Positions 26,942 through 39,118 of a stretch of 54,520 nucleotides of DNA are shown one piece after another. Numbering within the stretch: position 1 is the stretch's first letter; every line of letters begins with the position of its first letter. The stretch comes from Planctomycetia bacterium (GTDB lineage: Bacteria; Planctomycetota; UBA1135; GCA-002686595). The stretch covers positions 1 to 54,520 of the forward strand of contig JBKDQQ010000054.1 of the NCBI GenBank assembly GCA_046341775.1. Direction: 5' to 3'. The translations under genes and the position numbers were made by a program. Below the pieces are notes generated by a model. That model searched no databases. It was not told the origin of the DNA and was given only the letters and a program-made list of their open reading frames with translations.

Positions 26942-27280
26942 CTACGACTTGGACTTGGGCTTGGCTTCGGACTTCGCGGGAGTCTTCGCGGACGCGGGCT
27001 TGGCCTCAGCCGGCTTGGGCTCGCTCGCCTTGGCGGGTTCGCTCGGCGTCGCGGTGGTCGCTTCCTTGTCCTTCTTCGCGTCGCTCTTGTAGCCCTCGGA
27101 GCGATAGTCGGTCAGGTAGAAGCCCTCGCCCTTGAAGAGGAAGCCCGCGCCGGCGCCGATCTTCTTTTCGAGTCCGTTCTTGCCGCACTTCGGGCACTTC
27201 TTCTTCGGTGCGTCCTTCATCGAGTGGAAGATCTCCAACTCGTGGCCGCACTTCGTGCAGTGGTAGTCGTAGGTAGGCAT
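26942..27280 (-). CDS. FmdB-family zinc-ribbon protein with a Lys/Ala/Pro-rich C-terminal tail
   Basis: MPTYDYHCTKCGHELEIFHSMKDAPKKKCPKCG (CxxC...CxxC), then EPAKASEPKPAEAKPASAKTPAKSEAKPKSKS. Its ATG overlaps the grpE stop (ATGA). Confidence 0.75.
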   Translation of the reverse strand: MPTYDYHCTKCGHELEIFHSMKDAPKKKCPKCGKNGLEKKIGAGAGFLFKGEGFYLTDYRSEGYKSDAKKDKEATTATPSEPAKASEPKPAEAKPASAKTPAKSEAKPKSKS

Positions 27281-27894
27281 CAGGCCGTTCCCTCGCCGGC
27301 GGTCGCCTCGCCGCCCTTGGCCGCGGGCGCTCCGGCGACCTTGACCTGCGCGGGGCGCAAGACACCTTGCGTCGAGGTCCAGCCCCGCCGCAGCACGGCG
27401 ACGATCGACCCCGCCGGCTTGTCGGGCGCTTCCACGCTCTCGACGGCCTCGTGCAAGGCCGGGTCGAAGGCACCGTTGGCGGCGATCGGCTTGACGCCCT
27501 CGCGCTCGAGAGCCTGCAGCAGCACGCCGCGCGTCATCTCGACACCGGCGAGCAGGCCCTTGGCGTCGGCGCTCTGGCACGGGCTGGCGCAGGCCATGTC
27601 CAGGTAGTCGAGCACCAGCAGCAGCTCGGTGTAGAAGCCCTTCTTGGAGCGATGCACCGCCGCGTCGATGTCGCCCTGCACGCGCCGGCGCAGGTTCTGG
27701 TAGTCGGCCTGCGCGCGCTGCCAGTTGCGCAGGTACTCGTCGCGTTCGCGCGCGACGTCGCCCGGGGCGCCGGGGGATGCCGGTTCGCCGGCGCCGTGCA
27801 GGCCGTCGGCCGCTCCGCCGGAGGTCTCGGCGTCGCGTTGCGCGGACTCGGCTTCGAACTTGGCTTCGGCTTCTCGTTGCTCGGAAGGGGACAT
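27280..27894 (-). CDS. grpE: nucleotide exchange factor GrpE
   Basis: DEYLRNWQRAQADYQNLRRR, GVEMTRGVLLQALEREGVKPI, FDPALHEAVE. These are GrpE-typical. Confidence 0.85.
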   Translation of the reverse strand: MSPSEQREAEAKFEAESAQRDAETSGGAADGLHGAGEPASPGAPGDVARERDEYLRNWQRAQADYQNLRRRVQGDIDAAVHRSKKGFYTELLLVLDYLDMACASPCQSADAKGLLAGVEMTRGVLLQALEREGVKPIAANGAFDPALHEAVESVEAPDKPAGSIVAVLRRGWTSTQGVLRPAQVKVAGAPAAKGGEATAGEGTA

Positions 27895-27935
27895 GTGCTT
27901 GGCCTCGAGGCCGCGCAGCGCGAGCCGCGCGCGTG

Positions 27936-29042
27936 TCAGAGGAGGTTCTTGATCTTGTCGAAGAAGGACTTGCCGCCGGACGACTTCTTGTCGATGTCGG
28001 CGTACTCCTTGAGGAGCTCCTTCTGCCGGTCGCTGATCTTCGCGGGGATCTCGACGTCGACGCGCACGACGAGGTCTCCGCGGCCGCGGCCCTCGATGTG
28101 CGGCAGGCCTTCGCCCTTGACTCGCACGACCTTGCCCGCCGGAGTGCCGGCCGGGATCGAGAGCGCAGTCTTGCCGCGCAAGGTCGGGATCTCGACCTTG
28201 TCGCCCAGCACGAGTTGCGCGTACGAGAAGGGCAGCGCGCACACGAGGTCCGCTCCTTCGCGCTCGAACGACTTGTGCTCGATCTCGCGCACCACGCAGT
28301 ACAAGTCGCCGCGCGGCGCGTTCGTCTCGCCGGCGTCCCCTTGGCCTTCGATGCGCAGCGTCATGCCGTCCTCGACGCCGGCGGGGATCTGGATTTCGAT
28401 CTCCGCCTTGTCGTCGACCTTGCCCGCGCCCTTGCAGCTGGCGCACGGCGACTCGATGGCCTGGCCCGCGCCGCGGCACGACGGGCAAGGGGCGGCCATG
28501 GTGAAGAAGCCCTGGTTGCGGTGGACCTGCCCGCGTCCGCCGCAGGTGCGGCACGGCGTGGGGCCGGTGCCCGGCTTGCAGCCCGAGCCCTTGCACGTCC
28601 CGCAGTTCTCCTTGCGCTTGAGCGAGATGGTGCGCTTCGCGCCGGTGTCGATCTCCTCGAGCGTCAGCTCGACCTGGATCTTCAAGGAGCGACCTTGGCG
28701 CGGCCCGCCGCGGCGGCGGCCGCCGCCGAAGATGTCGCCGAAGATGGAGCCGCCGAACTGCTCGAAGATGTCCTCGATGTTCGTGAACTGCGGTCCGGCG
28801 TATTCCCCGCCTTGCCCGAAGGCCTGGTGGCCGAACTGGTCGTAGCGCTTGCGCTGCGCCTCGTCCGAGAGGACGCCGTAGGCCTCGGCGGCCTCCTTGA
28901 ACTTCTCCTCGGCCGCCTTGTCGCCCGGATTCTTGTCCGGGTGGTGCTGCATGGCGAGCTTGCGGTAGGCGCGCTTGATCGCATCGGCGTCGGCCGTGCG
29001 CTCGACGCCGAGCACTTCGTAGTAGTCGCGCTTGTCTGCCAT
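27936..29042 (-). CDS. dnaJ: molecular chaperone DnaJ
   Basis: J-domain DYYEVLGV...HPDKN, G/F region, four CxxCxGxG zinc-finger repeats ([32 protein letters not shown]), and a C-terminal substrate domain. Confidence 0.9.
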   Translation of the reverse strand: MADKRDYYEVLGVERTADADAIKRAYRKLAMQHHPDKNPGDKAAEEKFKEAAEAYGVLSDEAQRKRYDQFGHQAFGQGGEYAGPQFTNIEDIFEQFGGSIFGDIFGGGRRRGGPRQGRSLKIQVELTLEEIDTGAKRTISLKRKENCGTCKGSGCKPGTGPTPCRTCGGRGQVHRNQGFFTMAAPCPSCRGAGQAIESPCASCKGAGKVDDKAEIEIQIPAGVEDGMTLRIEGQGDAGETNAPRGDLYCVVREIEHKSFEREGADLVCALPFSYAQLVLGDKVEIPTLRGKTALSIPAGTPAGKVVRVKGEGLPHIEGRGRGDLVVRVDVEIPAKISDRQKELLKEYADIDKKSSGGKSFFDKIKNLL

Positions 29043-29175
29043 GGTCGAGGGCGCCCGTGCCGTCGGCGTTTCACGTCCGCGTCGTTGGCGCGCGCGGCGA
29101 CGACGGTGCTCCGCCGCCGCCGCGCGCGCTTCGATGGGGCGTCGCGTCGCGGCGGCGCGACGCCCCTCCGGCCGA

Positions 29176-30780
<1,605 letters not shown>

Positions 30781-30841
30781 GGTGGGGGATTCGCGTGCGG
30801 GTTCGTGGTTCTGGTTTGCGTGCTGGTGCGGGCGGGCCGGA

Positions 30842-32506
<1,665 letters not shown>

Positions 32507-32924
32507 GGGGTACTCGGCTCTTTCTCGGTGCTGCGGAAGCTGTCGGTTGCGCGAGGCGCAGCGCGCCGGCAGTGGTGGGCCGACGGCGACAGGTTGGGGA
32601 TCAGAGGTGTCTGCCCGCGTTGCGCCGGCGGTGTGTCCGACGCAAATCAGGCGCGCCTCTTTAGCAAGAACAGTGCCGAGTGGAGGCCAATTTCGAAGCT
32701 GTTGTCATTCATGGATTTAGAGCGAAGTTCTCGTTCGGAGCGGCTCTGCCAGCTTGGCAGGCCCTTTCGCCGCCGCGGAAGCGGCCTGCCAAGGCGGCAG
32801 GCTTGGCGAGGGACGCGTCCGCGCGTCTCGAACGCCGTGTGCCACGCCCATGGGCGCGGCCCGGGTGCGCCCTTTGGCGCGTCTCCGCGCGTCTCTCTTC
32901 CGTGTCGGACCCTAGGATGCCTGC

Positions 32925-34100
32925 ATGCACCTCGCGACGCTCGTCCACGCCTCGCTCCTCGCGGTCTGCGCACTGCCCTACGCGGCGGCGCAAGCCACCG
33001 TGGCCATCGACACCGCCGCCGCGCGCGGCAAGCCCGAGCCCATCGCGGCTCTGGACGCCTTGCCCGAAGGAGCGCTGCTGCTGCGCTTCCAAGGTGGCGA
33101 ACGCGGTCTGGGCGGCCACTCGGGCGAGCGCTTCGAAGTGTCCGGCGCCGGCGACGAGTTCCTCGTCGGCGGCCTCGGCTCGGGCGGGGAGGAGCTGCTC
33201 GAAGTCGAGCTCGACGGAGGCACGACGATCCCGCTGGGGATCGAGCACCTGCGCCTCCTGCGCCATCCCGTGCGCGCCCAAGGCCTGCCCCTCGAGCGGC
33301 CCAAGGAGGGCGATCGCCTGTGGCGCTCGCGCGGCTCCACCGTCGAGCGCATCGACGGAGCGCTGCTCTCCTTCGCCGGGGACGCGCTCGTCTTCGAAGG
33401 CGACAAGGTCGGCGAGCTCGTCGTGCCCTTCGCGGAGCTGGTGGCGCTGGCGGTCGAAGGCCTGGGCGGCGGTGCTGTCAAGCAAACTGGACAAGAGCGC
33501 CTCGTCTCGGTCGACCTGCGCGACGGCAGCCGGGTGCGCGGCGCGTTCGCGGCGCTGGACGGCCGCCGCCTGTCCTTGCGGCGCGAGGAGCGCGCGCTCG
33601 CGCTGCCGATCGGCCTCGTGTCGCAGGCGCTGGTGCTGGACGGTCGTGCGCGCTGGATCTCGTCCTTGCCTCCCGCCGAGGCCAGTCCCGCGCGCCCCTT
33701 CGGCGACGACCAGGGCATGTCGTGGGCGCCGCGCATGGACCGCAACTCCGCCGGCGGCCGGCTCGCCTGCGGCGGCGAGGTGCACGCGCGCGGCGTGGGG
33801 CTGCTCGCCGGAGCGCGCGTGGCGTGGGATCTGGACGGACGGCCCGCGCGCCTGCGCGCCACCTGCGGCCTCGACGACGGCGTGTCGTCCCTGTCCCTGG
33901 CCCCCGTGGCGCGCGCCGTGGTCGAAGTCGACGGCAAGGTGCTGTGGGACAGCGGCCCCTTGGCGGCGGGCGCCGCGCCGGTGTTCGTCGACCTCGACCT
34001 GGGCGCTGCGCGGCGCGTGGCGTTGGTCGCGCTGGATCACGACGGCGACTTCGCGGGCGATCGCGTCGCCTTCGCCTCGGCCCTGCTGATCCAGCCCTGA
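32925..34100 (+). CDS. secreted hypothetical protein with a C-terminal NPCBM-like beta-sandwich domain
   Basis: Signal peptide MHLATLVHASLLAVCALPYAAAQA. The C-terminal ~150 aa resemble NPCBM/NEW2 (GVGLLAGARVAWDLDGRPARLRATCGLDD...VEVDGKVLWDSG...VALDHDGDFAGDRVAF). Divergent from groEL. Confidence 0.55.
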   Translation: MHLATLVHASLLAVCALPYAAAQATVAIDTAAARGKPEPIAALDALPEGALLLRFQGGERGLGGHSGERFEVSGAGDEFLVGGLGSGGEELLEVELDGGTTIPLGIEHLRLLRHPVRAQGLPLERPKEGDRLWRSRGSTVERIDGALLSFAGDALVFEGDKVGELVVPFAELVALAVEGLGGGAVKQTGQERLVSVDLRDGSRVRGAFAALDGRRLSLRREERALALPIGLVSQALVLDGRARWISSLPPAEASPARPFGDDQGMSWAPRMDRNSAGGRLACGGEVHARGVGLLAGARVAWDLDGRPARLRATCGLDDGVSSLSLAPVARAVVEVDGKVLWDSGPLAAGAAPVFVDLDLGAARRVALVALDHDGDFAGDRVAFASALLIQP

Positions 34101-34153
34101 GGCCGCGCCGCGCGGACCGACGTCCTGCGCGCGACCCGGGCCGGGCGCTGGAC

Positions 34154-35092
34154 TCAGGCGAGGCGGCGCGCCAGCGAACGGTAGTACACGCCTCGATCGC
34201 CGCCGAGGCGCTTGGCCTCGCGCAGCGCGGTCTCGGCGCGCGCGCGCAGCGTCTCCGGCGAGATCTGCTCGCCCGGGTCGTAGCTCTCGAATCCGATGCT
34301 GGCGCTGACGGCGACATCCTCGGGCACGCCGTCGATGCGTCCTGTCACTCCGCGGATGCGGTCGGCGAGCCGCACGACGACATGGGCCGCGTCGAGCTTC
34401 TTCGTGTAGGGGAGCACGATGGCGAACTCGTCGCCGCCGAGCCGCCCCGGCACGTCCTCGGCCCGCAAGGCGTGGCGGATCGCCTCGCCCACCTTGGCGA
34501 TGACGCGATCGCCGACGACGTGGTCGTGCCGCTTGTTGATCTGGCCGAACTTGTCGAGGTCGATCAGGACGAAGGACAGCTCGTGGCGGTGGCGCAGCGC
34601 GGCGGACAGGTGCTGGAGCAGCCGCTCGTGGAAGGCGCGCGGCCGCAGCAAGCCCGTGCGCTCGTCGTAGAAGGCCGCCTGGCGCAGCCGGTCCATGTCC
34701 GCCTCGCGCCGACTGTCGTCGAGCAGGCGTTGGATGCGCAGGCGCGCCTCCTGTCCGCTGGCGCGCCGGTGCAGGATGTCGGCTGGCGCGCCGTCGTACT
34801 GCTGGATCGTCTCGAGCGCCGGATCGAGGCGCTCATGGTCGGCGACGAGCAGCAAGGGCACATGGCCCTTGGGCAACGCCTCGAGGATGCCGCTGGTCTC
34901 CGCCGCGCCGCCCTCGACCAGCGGGTCGATGACGACGAGCCCCGGGCGTTCCAAGGCCGCGGCGCGCCTTGATTCGCGCAAGGACCGCGTCACCAGCACG
35001 CGCAGCCCGGCGGCCTCGAGTCCGGCCATGCGCTCGGTCAACCCCGCGCCGCGGTGGTCGCAGATCAGGATCAGCGGGGTGGTCGGATGCAC
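34154..35092 (-). CDS. response regulator with receiver and GGDEF (diguanylate cyclase) domains
   Basis: REC-like N-terminus (LILICDH...LVVIDPL...LLLVADH). GGDEF domain with an intact signature RLGGDEFAIVLP, plus RHDHVVGDRVIAKVGE and VSASIGFESY. Confidence 0.8.
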   Translation of the reverse strand: MHPTTPLILICDHRGAGLTERMAGLEAAGLRVLVTRSLRESRRAAALERPGLVVIDPLVEGGAAETSGILEALPKGHVPLLLVADHERLDPALETIQQYDGAPADILHRRASGQEARLRIQRLLDDSRREADMDRLRQAAFYDERTGLLRPRAFHERLLQHLSAALRHRHELSFVLIDLDKFGQINKRHDHVVGDRVIAKVGEAIRHALRAEDVPGRLGGDEFAIVLPYTKKLDAAHVVVRLADRIRGVTGRIDGVPEDVAVSASIGFESYDPGEQISPETLRARAETALREAKRLGGDRGVYYRSLARRLA

Positions 35093-35248
35093 GGCGGTCG
35101 CAGCGGAAACTAGTCCAAAATGCCCTCAAGGCGTGGAAAAGCGGGATCTTGGACTTCCAGCACGAATCCTATCCCGCGCCCGGCGGGGGTGGAGCCACGC
35201 TCCTTGGATTCGCTTGACCGCGGAGCGCGTCTGGCTAGACTATTTGCC

Positions 35249-35297
35249 CCTTGGACATGGTCTTCGGCCGCGTTTGGCCGAAGACCGGCTTCCAAGG
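35249..35297. promoter_or_regulatory. strong imperfect palindrome/stem-loop in the rpsB upstream region
   Basis: CCTTGGA-cat-GGTCTTCGGCC-gcgttt-GGCCGAAGACC-ggct-TCCAAGG: a perfect 11-bp stem plus a 7-bp outer stem, read directly from the sequence. Its function is unknown (an RNA leader structure or an operator are both possible). Confidence 0.4.
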
Positions 35298-35696
35298 AGC
35301 TCCGGCGAGCTGTTCGCCGCGCGTGACGATCCGCCGGGGATCGCCGCACGACCCCACCCGGCAGCGGATCGTCCGCTCGGCCGCGCGCCGACCGTCCGAC
35401 GCCGCGACATCCCGACCCACCGAACCTTCCCTGACCGGAAGTTCCCGGCCGATCCCCGCCAAGGGCTCGACGCGGGCGCTGCCGCGGGCATGGGGGAGCG
35501 ATGCGCGCCGCGAGACGGCGTCGGATCGAACCCGCCTGCCGCGCCGCGCCCAGCCTCGACGAACGTCGCGCCGACGAACCTCCGTGGGACGCGCAGCCCC
35601 CGCGCTCGAGGGCCACATGCTCGACGAGGTCCTCGGCGAGCCGCTCCTTCGCGGGACGGCCTCGCGCCCGGACCAGCGCACGCAAGTCACAACACG

Positions 35697-36566
35697 ATGA
35701 CCGCCACCACGCAGAACCTCGAAGTCCAGCAACTGATCGACGCCGGCGTCCACTTCGGATGCCGCGTGTCCCGCTGGAACCCCCGCATGCGCCCCTACAT
35801 CCACGGGCGCCGCAACCAGATCCACATCATCGACCTGCGCGAGACCCTCAAGGGCATCCTGCGCGCGCAGAACCTGCTGTACCACCTCGCCGCCGAAGGT
35901 TCGACCATCCTGTGGGTCGGCACCAAGCGCCAGGTCAAGGGCGTCATCACCGAGACCGGCCAGCGCACCGGCATGCCGACCTGCATCGAGCGCTGGATCG
36001 GCGGCACGCTGACGAACTTCTCGGTCATCCGCACGCGCCTCAAGCGCCTCGAGGAGCTCGAGAAGATCCAGGAGTCCGGCGGCGACGGCCAGTTGTCGAA
36101 GAAGGTCCTGTCGAGCCTGCGTCGCGAGCAGCGCAAGATCTACCGCAACCTCGGCGGCATCCGCGAAATGACCTCGATGCCGGGCGCGATGGTCGTCGTC
36201 GACCCCGCGCGCGAGGCGAACGCCGTCAAGGAGGCCCGCAAGATGGGTCTCGTGGTGATCGGCATCCTGGACACCGATTGCGATCCCAGCGACGTCGACA
36301 TCGTCATCCCGGGCAACGACGACGCGCTCAAGTCCGTGCGCCTCCTGGTGGGCGAACTGGCGCGTTCGGTCGAGGAAGGCTGCGCCAACCACCGCGACCG
36401 CATGGCCGCGATGGGCGCCGCCGAGAAGCACGAGGGCGGCGAGGAAGTCCGCGTGGGCGACGAGCCGCGTCCGACGCGCGGCAACCGCATGCCCGAGGGC
36501 GGCCGCGGCCGCGGTCCGCGCGGGCGCGGTCCCCGCGGCGAGGAGGGCGGCGGCGAGGAGGGCTGA
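35697..36566 (+). CDS. rpsB: 30S ribosomal protein S2 with a Gly/Arg/Glu-rich C-terminal extension
   Basis: MTATTQNLEVQQLIDAGVHFGCRVSRWNPRMRPYI...DLRETLK...VLFVGTK-like core. The C-terminal ~50 aa are low complexity (GRGRGPRGRGPRGEEGGGEEG). Confidence 0.9.
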   Translation: MTATTQNLEVQQLIDAGVHFGCRVSRWNPRMRPYIHGRRNQIHIIDLRETLKGILRAQNLLYHLAAEGSTILWVGTKRQVKGVITETGQRTGMPTCIERWIGGTLTNFSVIRTRLKRLEELEKIQESGGDGQLSKKVLSSLRREQRKIYRNLGGIREMTSMPGAMVVVDPAREANAVKEARKMGLVVIGILDTDCDPSDVDIVIPGNDDALKSVRLLVGELARSVEEGCANHRDRMAAMGAAEKHEGGEEVRVGDEPRPTRGNRMPEGGRGRGPRGRGPRGEEGGGEEG

Positions 36567-36642
36567 GCGCCCGTCCCGTCCACCGCTCCACTGTCCAATA
36601 CATTTGACACCAGCACCAACCTCACAACGAACACGGCACGAC

Positions 36643-37485
36643 ATGGTCGAGATCTCCGGTGACATGGTCCGTCGGTTGCGCGAGCGCACCGGCGCGGGCC
36701 TGATGGAATGCAAGCGCGCCCTCGAACAGGCGGGCGGCGACGAGGAAGTGGCGGTCGACAACCTGCGCAAGGCGGGCTTGAAGACGGCCGAGAAGAAGGC
36801 CGGTCGCGAGATGGGCGAGGGTCGCGTGGCGGCCTGGGCGTCCCAGGACGGCAAGAGCGGAGCGCTGGTCGCCCTGACCTGCGAGACCGACTTCGTCGCG
36901 CGCACCGCCGACTTCGAGAACCTGCTCGGCGGCGCGGCGCGCCTCGCCGCCGAGTCGAAGTGCAGCGACGCGGCCGCCCTGTCCGGGATGGCCTTCGGCG
37001 GCTCGACGCTCGGCGAGACCATCAAGCTGATGGTCGGCAAGATCGGCGAGAACATCTCGATCGGCAAGGTCGGCGCGTTGCAGGCGGCCGACGGCCAGGT
37101 GGGCTTCTACGTCCACCACGACGGCAAGAAGGGCGCGCTGGTCGCCGTGAAGACGGGCGCCGACGCGGCCAAGGCGCAGGCAACCCTCAAGGAACTCGCC
37201 ATGCACGTCGTGTTCGCCAACCCCTCGGCGATGACGCGCGGCGAGATCGCAGCCGACCTCGTCGAGCGCGAGCGCGCCATCTACCTCGAGGAAGTGAAGT
37301 CGAAGCCCGCGGACATCCAGCAGAAGATCGTCGAGGGCAAGCTGAACGCCTACTACGCCACCCAGGTCCTGCCCGAGCAGAACTGGTTCAAGGACGACTC
37401 GAAGAAGGTCGCCGCCGTCGTCGAGGCCGAACTGGGCAAGGGTTCGGTGGTGCTCGGCTACGCGCGCTTCCAGATCGGCTCCTGA
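36643..37485 (+). CDS. tsf: translation elongation factor Ts
   Basis: VRRLRERTGAGLMECKRALEQAGGDEEVAVDNLRKAGL (UBA-like N-terminus), VVLGYARFQIG C-terminus. Gene order rpsB-tsf. Confidence 0.9.
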   Translation: MVEISGDMVRRLRERTGAGLMECKRALEQAGGDEEVAVDNLRKAGLKTAEKKAGREMGEGRVAAWASQDGKSGALVALTCETDFVARTADFENLLGGAARLAAESKCSDAAALSGMAFGGSTLGETIKLMVGKIGENISIGKVGALQAADGQVGFYVHHDGKKGALVAVKTGADAAKAQATLKELAMHVVFANPSAMTRGEIAADLVERERAIYLEEVKSKPADIQQKIVEGKLNAYYATQVLPEQNWFKDDSKKVAAVVEAELGKGSVVLGYARFQIGS

Positions 37486-37654
37486 AGGGGCGCGGACTCG
37501 CCGGCGCCGAGCGGCGCGACGGGCCAGTCGGGCGGGCGGCCGCCGCGGCCCAGATCCGCGGCGGCCGCCTGCGCATCGCCGCCACTCCCTCGCCGCGCGC
37601 GCAGGTGCATTGGGGCGCGCCACTCGCTAGGCTCCCAAGGCAGCGCCCCTCCCG

Positions 37655-38386
37655 ATGAGCTCCGCCACATCCCTCCAGCCCTACCAGCGCATCCTCCTCA
37701 AGCTCTCCGGCGAAGCCCTCGGCGATTCCAAGCTGGGCCACGGCTTGTCCGCCGAGGCGGTGCATTCGACCGCCGCGCAGGTGGCGCGCGTCGCGGGCTT
37801 GGGCGTCGAGGTCGCCATCGTGTGCGGCGGCGGCAACATCCTGCGCGGCGCGGAATTCGCCAAGCTGGGCGGCTCGCGCGCCTCGGCCGACTACATGGGC
37901 ATGCTCGGCACGGTGATCAACGCGCTGGCCCTGTCCGAGGCCATCGAGAAGCAGGGCCTCGAGACGCGCGTGATGACCGCGCTCGAAGTCCATGCCGTGG
38001 CCGAGCCCTTCGTGCGCCGCAAGGCGCTCTCGCACCTCGAGAAGGGCCGCGTCGTGCTGCTGGCGGCTGGCACGGGCAATCCGTTCTTCACCACCGACAC
38101 CGCCGCCGCCCTGCGCGCGACCGAGCTCGGCTGCGAAGTGCTGCTCAAGGCCACCAAGGTCGACGGCATCTACGACGCCGACCCCAAGAAGGTCGCCGGA
38201 GCCACGCGCTTCGAGGAGCTCACCTACATGGACGTGCTGTCGCGCGGCCTGAAGGTGATGGACGGCACGGCCGTCACGCTGGCCATGGAGAACAAGTTGC
38301 CGGTCGTCGTCTTCGACATGTTCGCCGAAGGCAACCTCGAGCGCGTCGTGCGCGGCGAGAAGATCGGCACCCGCATCCGGAGCTGA
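37655..38386 (+). CDS. pyrH: UMP kinase
   Basis: YQRILLKLSGEAL, VAIVCGGGNILRG, ADYMGMLGTVINALAL, AAGTGNPFFTTDTAAALRA. Confidence 0.9.
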   Translation: MSSATSLQPYQRILLKLSGEALGDSKLGHGLSAEAVHSTAAQVARVAGLGVEVAIVCGGGNILRGAEFAKLGGSRASADYMGMLGTVINALALSEAIEKQGLETRVMTALEVHAVAEPFVRRKALSHLEKGRVVLLAAGTGNPFFTTDTAAALRATELGCEVLLKATKVDGIYDADPKKVAGATRFEELTYMDVLSRGLKVMDGTAVTLAMENKLPVVVFDMFAEGNLERVVRGEKIGTRIRS

Positions 38387-38391
38387 ACCAC

Positions 38392-38952
38392 ATGACTAGC
38401 CAACAGATCCTCAAGGACACTCGCGAGAAGATGGACAAGTCGCTGTCGCACCTGGTCGACCAGCTGCGCCAGATCCGCACCTCGCGCGCCTCGCCCGCGC
38501 TGGTCGAAGGCATCCGCGTCGACTACTACGGCACGCCCAGCCCCATCTCGCAGGTCGCGCAGATCTCCGTGCCCGAGCCGCGGCAACTGGCCATCAAGCC
38601 GTTCGACGCCGCGATGCTCAAGGAGATCGAGAAGGCCATCCAGAAGAGCGATCTCGGGGTCACGCCGCAGTCCGACGGCAAGATCCTGCGCTTGACCATG
38701 CCGCCGCTCTCCGGCGACCAGCGCAAGAAGTACGCCGCGCGGGTCAAGGATCTGGCCGAGGAGGCGCGCGTGTCGATGCGCAACACGCGCCGCGACGAGA
38801 ACAAGCGCGCCGACGCCATGTTCAAGGACTCGAAGATGACCGAGGACGAGCACAAGAAGTGCCTCGACGACATCCAGAAGTGCCTCAAGGAATACGAGGA
38901 GAAGGTCACTGGCGTGCTCGACAAGAAGACCGCCGAAGTGATGGAGAACTGA
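38392..38952 (+). CDS. frr: ribosome recycling factor
   Basis: 186 aa. LRQIRTSRASPALVEGIRVDYYGTPSPISQVAQISVPEPRQLAIKPFD, RRDENKR. It completes rpsB-tsf-pyrH-frr. Confidence 0.9.
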   Translation: MTSQQILKDTREKMDKSLSHLVDQLRQIRTSRASPALVEGIRVDYYGTPSPISQVAQISVPEPRQLAIKPFDAAMLKEIEKAIQKSDLGVTPQSDGKILRLTMPPLSGDQRKKYAARVKDLAEEARVSMRNTRRDENKRADAMFKDSKMTEDEHKKCLDDIQKCLKEYEEKVTGVLDKKTAEVMEN

Positions 38953-38958
38953 AGCTCC

Positions 38959-38974
38959 GCGCGCCCTCGCGCGC
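38959..38974 (+). terminator. putative GC-rich hairpin downstream of frr
   Basis: GCGCGC-cctc-GCGCGC lies 7 bp after the frr stop. There is no U-tract, so this is weak. Confidence 0.2.
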
Positions 38975-39118
38975 CGCTTCGTCCGCCACTCGCGCCCGCG
39001 CACGCCGCGGGCGCCTTCGTTGGAATCCGCCGTCTCGCGGCCGCGCGGCGAGCCCCGCATGCCACGCGCCGCGCTCGCGCCGCGGGAGGCGCTCGCGCCG
39101 GTGCTATACTCGCCGACG

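Noticed and set aside
32661-32686. CIRCE-like element (TTAGCAaga-N8-GAGTGgagg) upstream of groEL.
   Set aside because: Only the outer-left TTAGCA and inner-right GAGTG half-elements match, at about the right spacing. The full 9-N9-9 palindrome is not present, so HrcA control cannot be claimed.
35251-35700. 149-aa ORF in the rpsB upstream region.
   Set aside because: Arg/Pro/Ser-rich composition with no domain. The region is better explained as a structured leader or promoter region.
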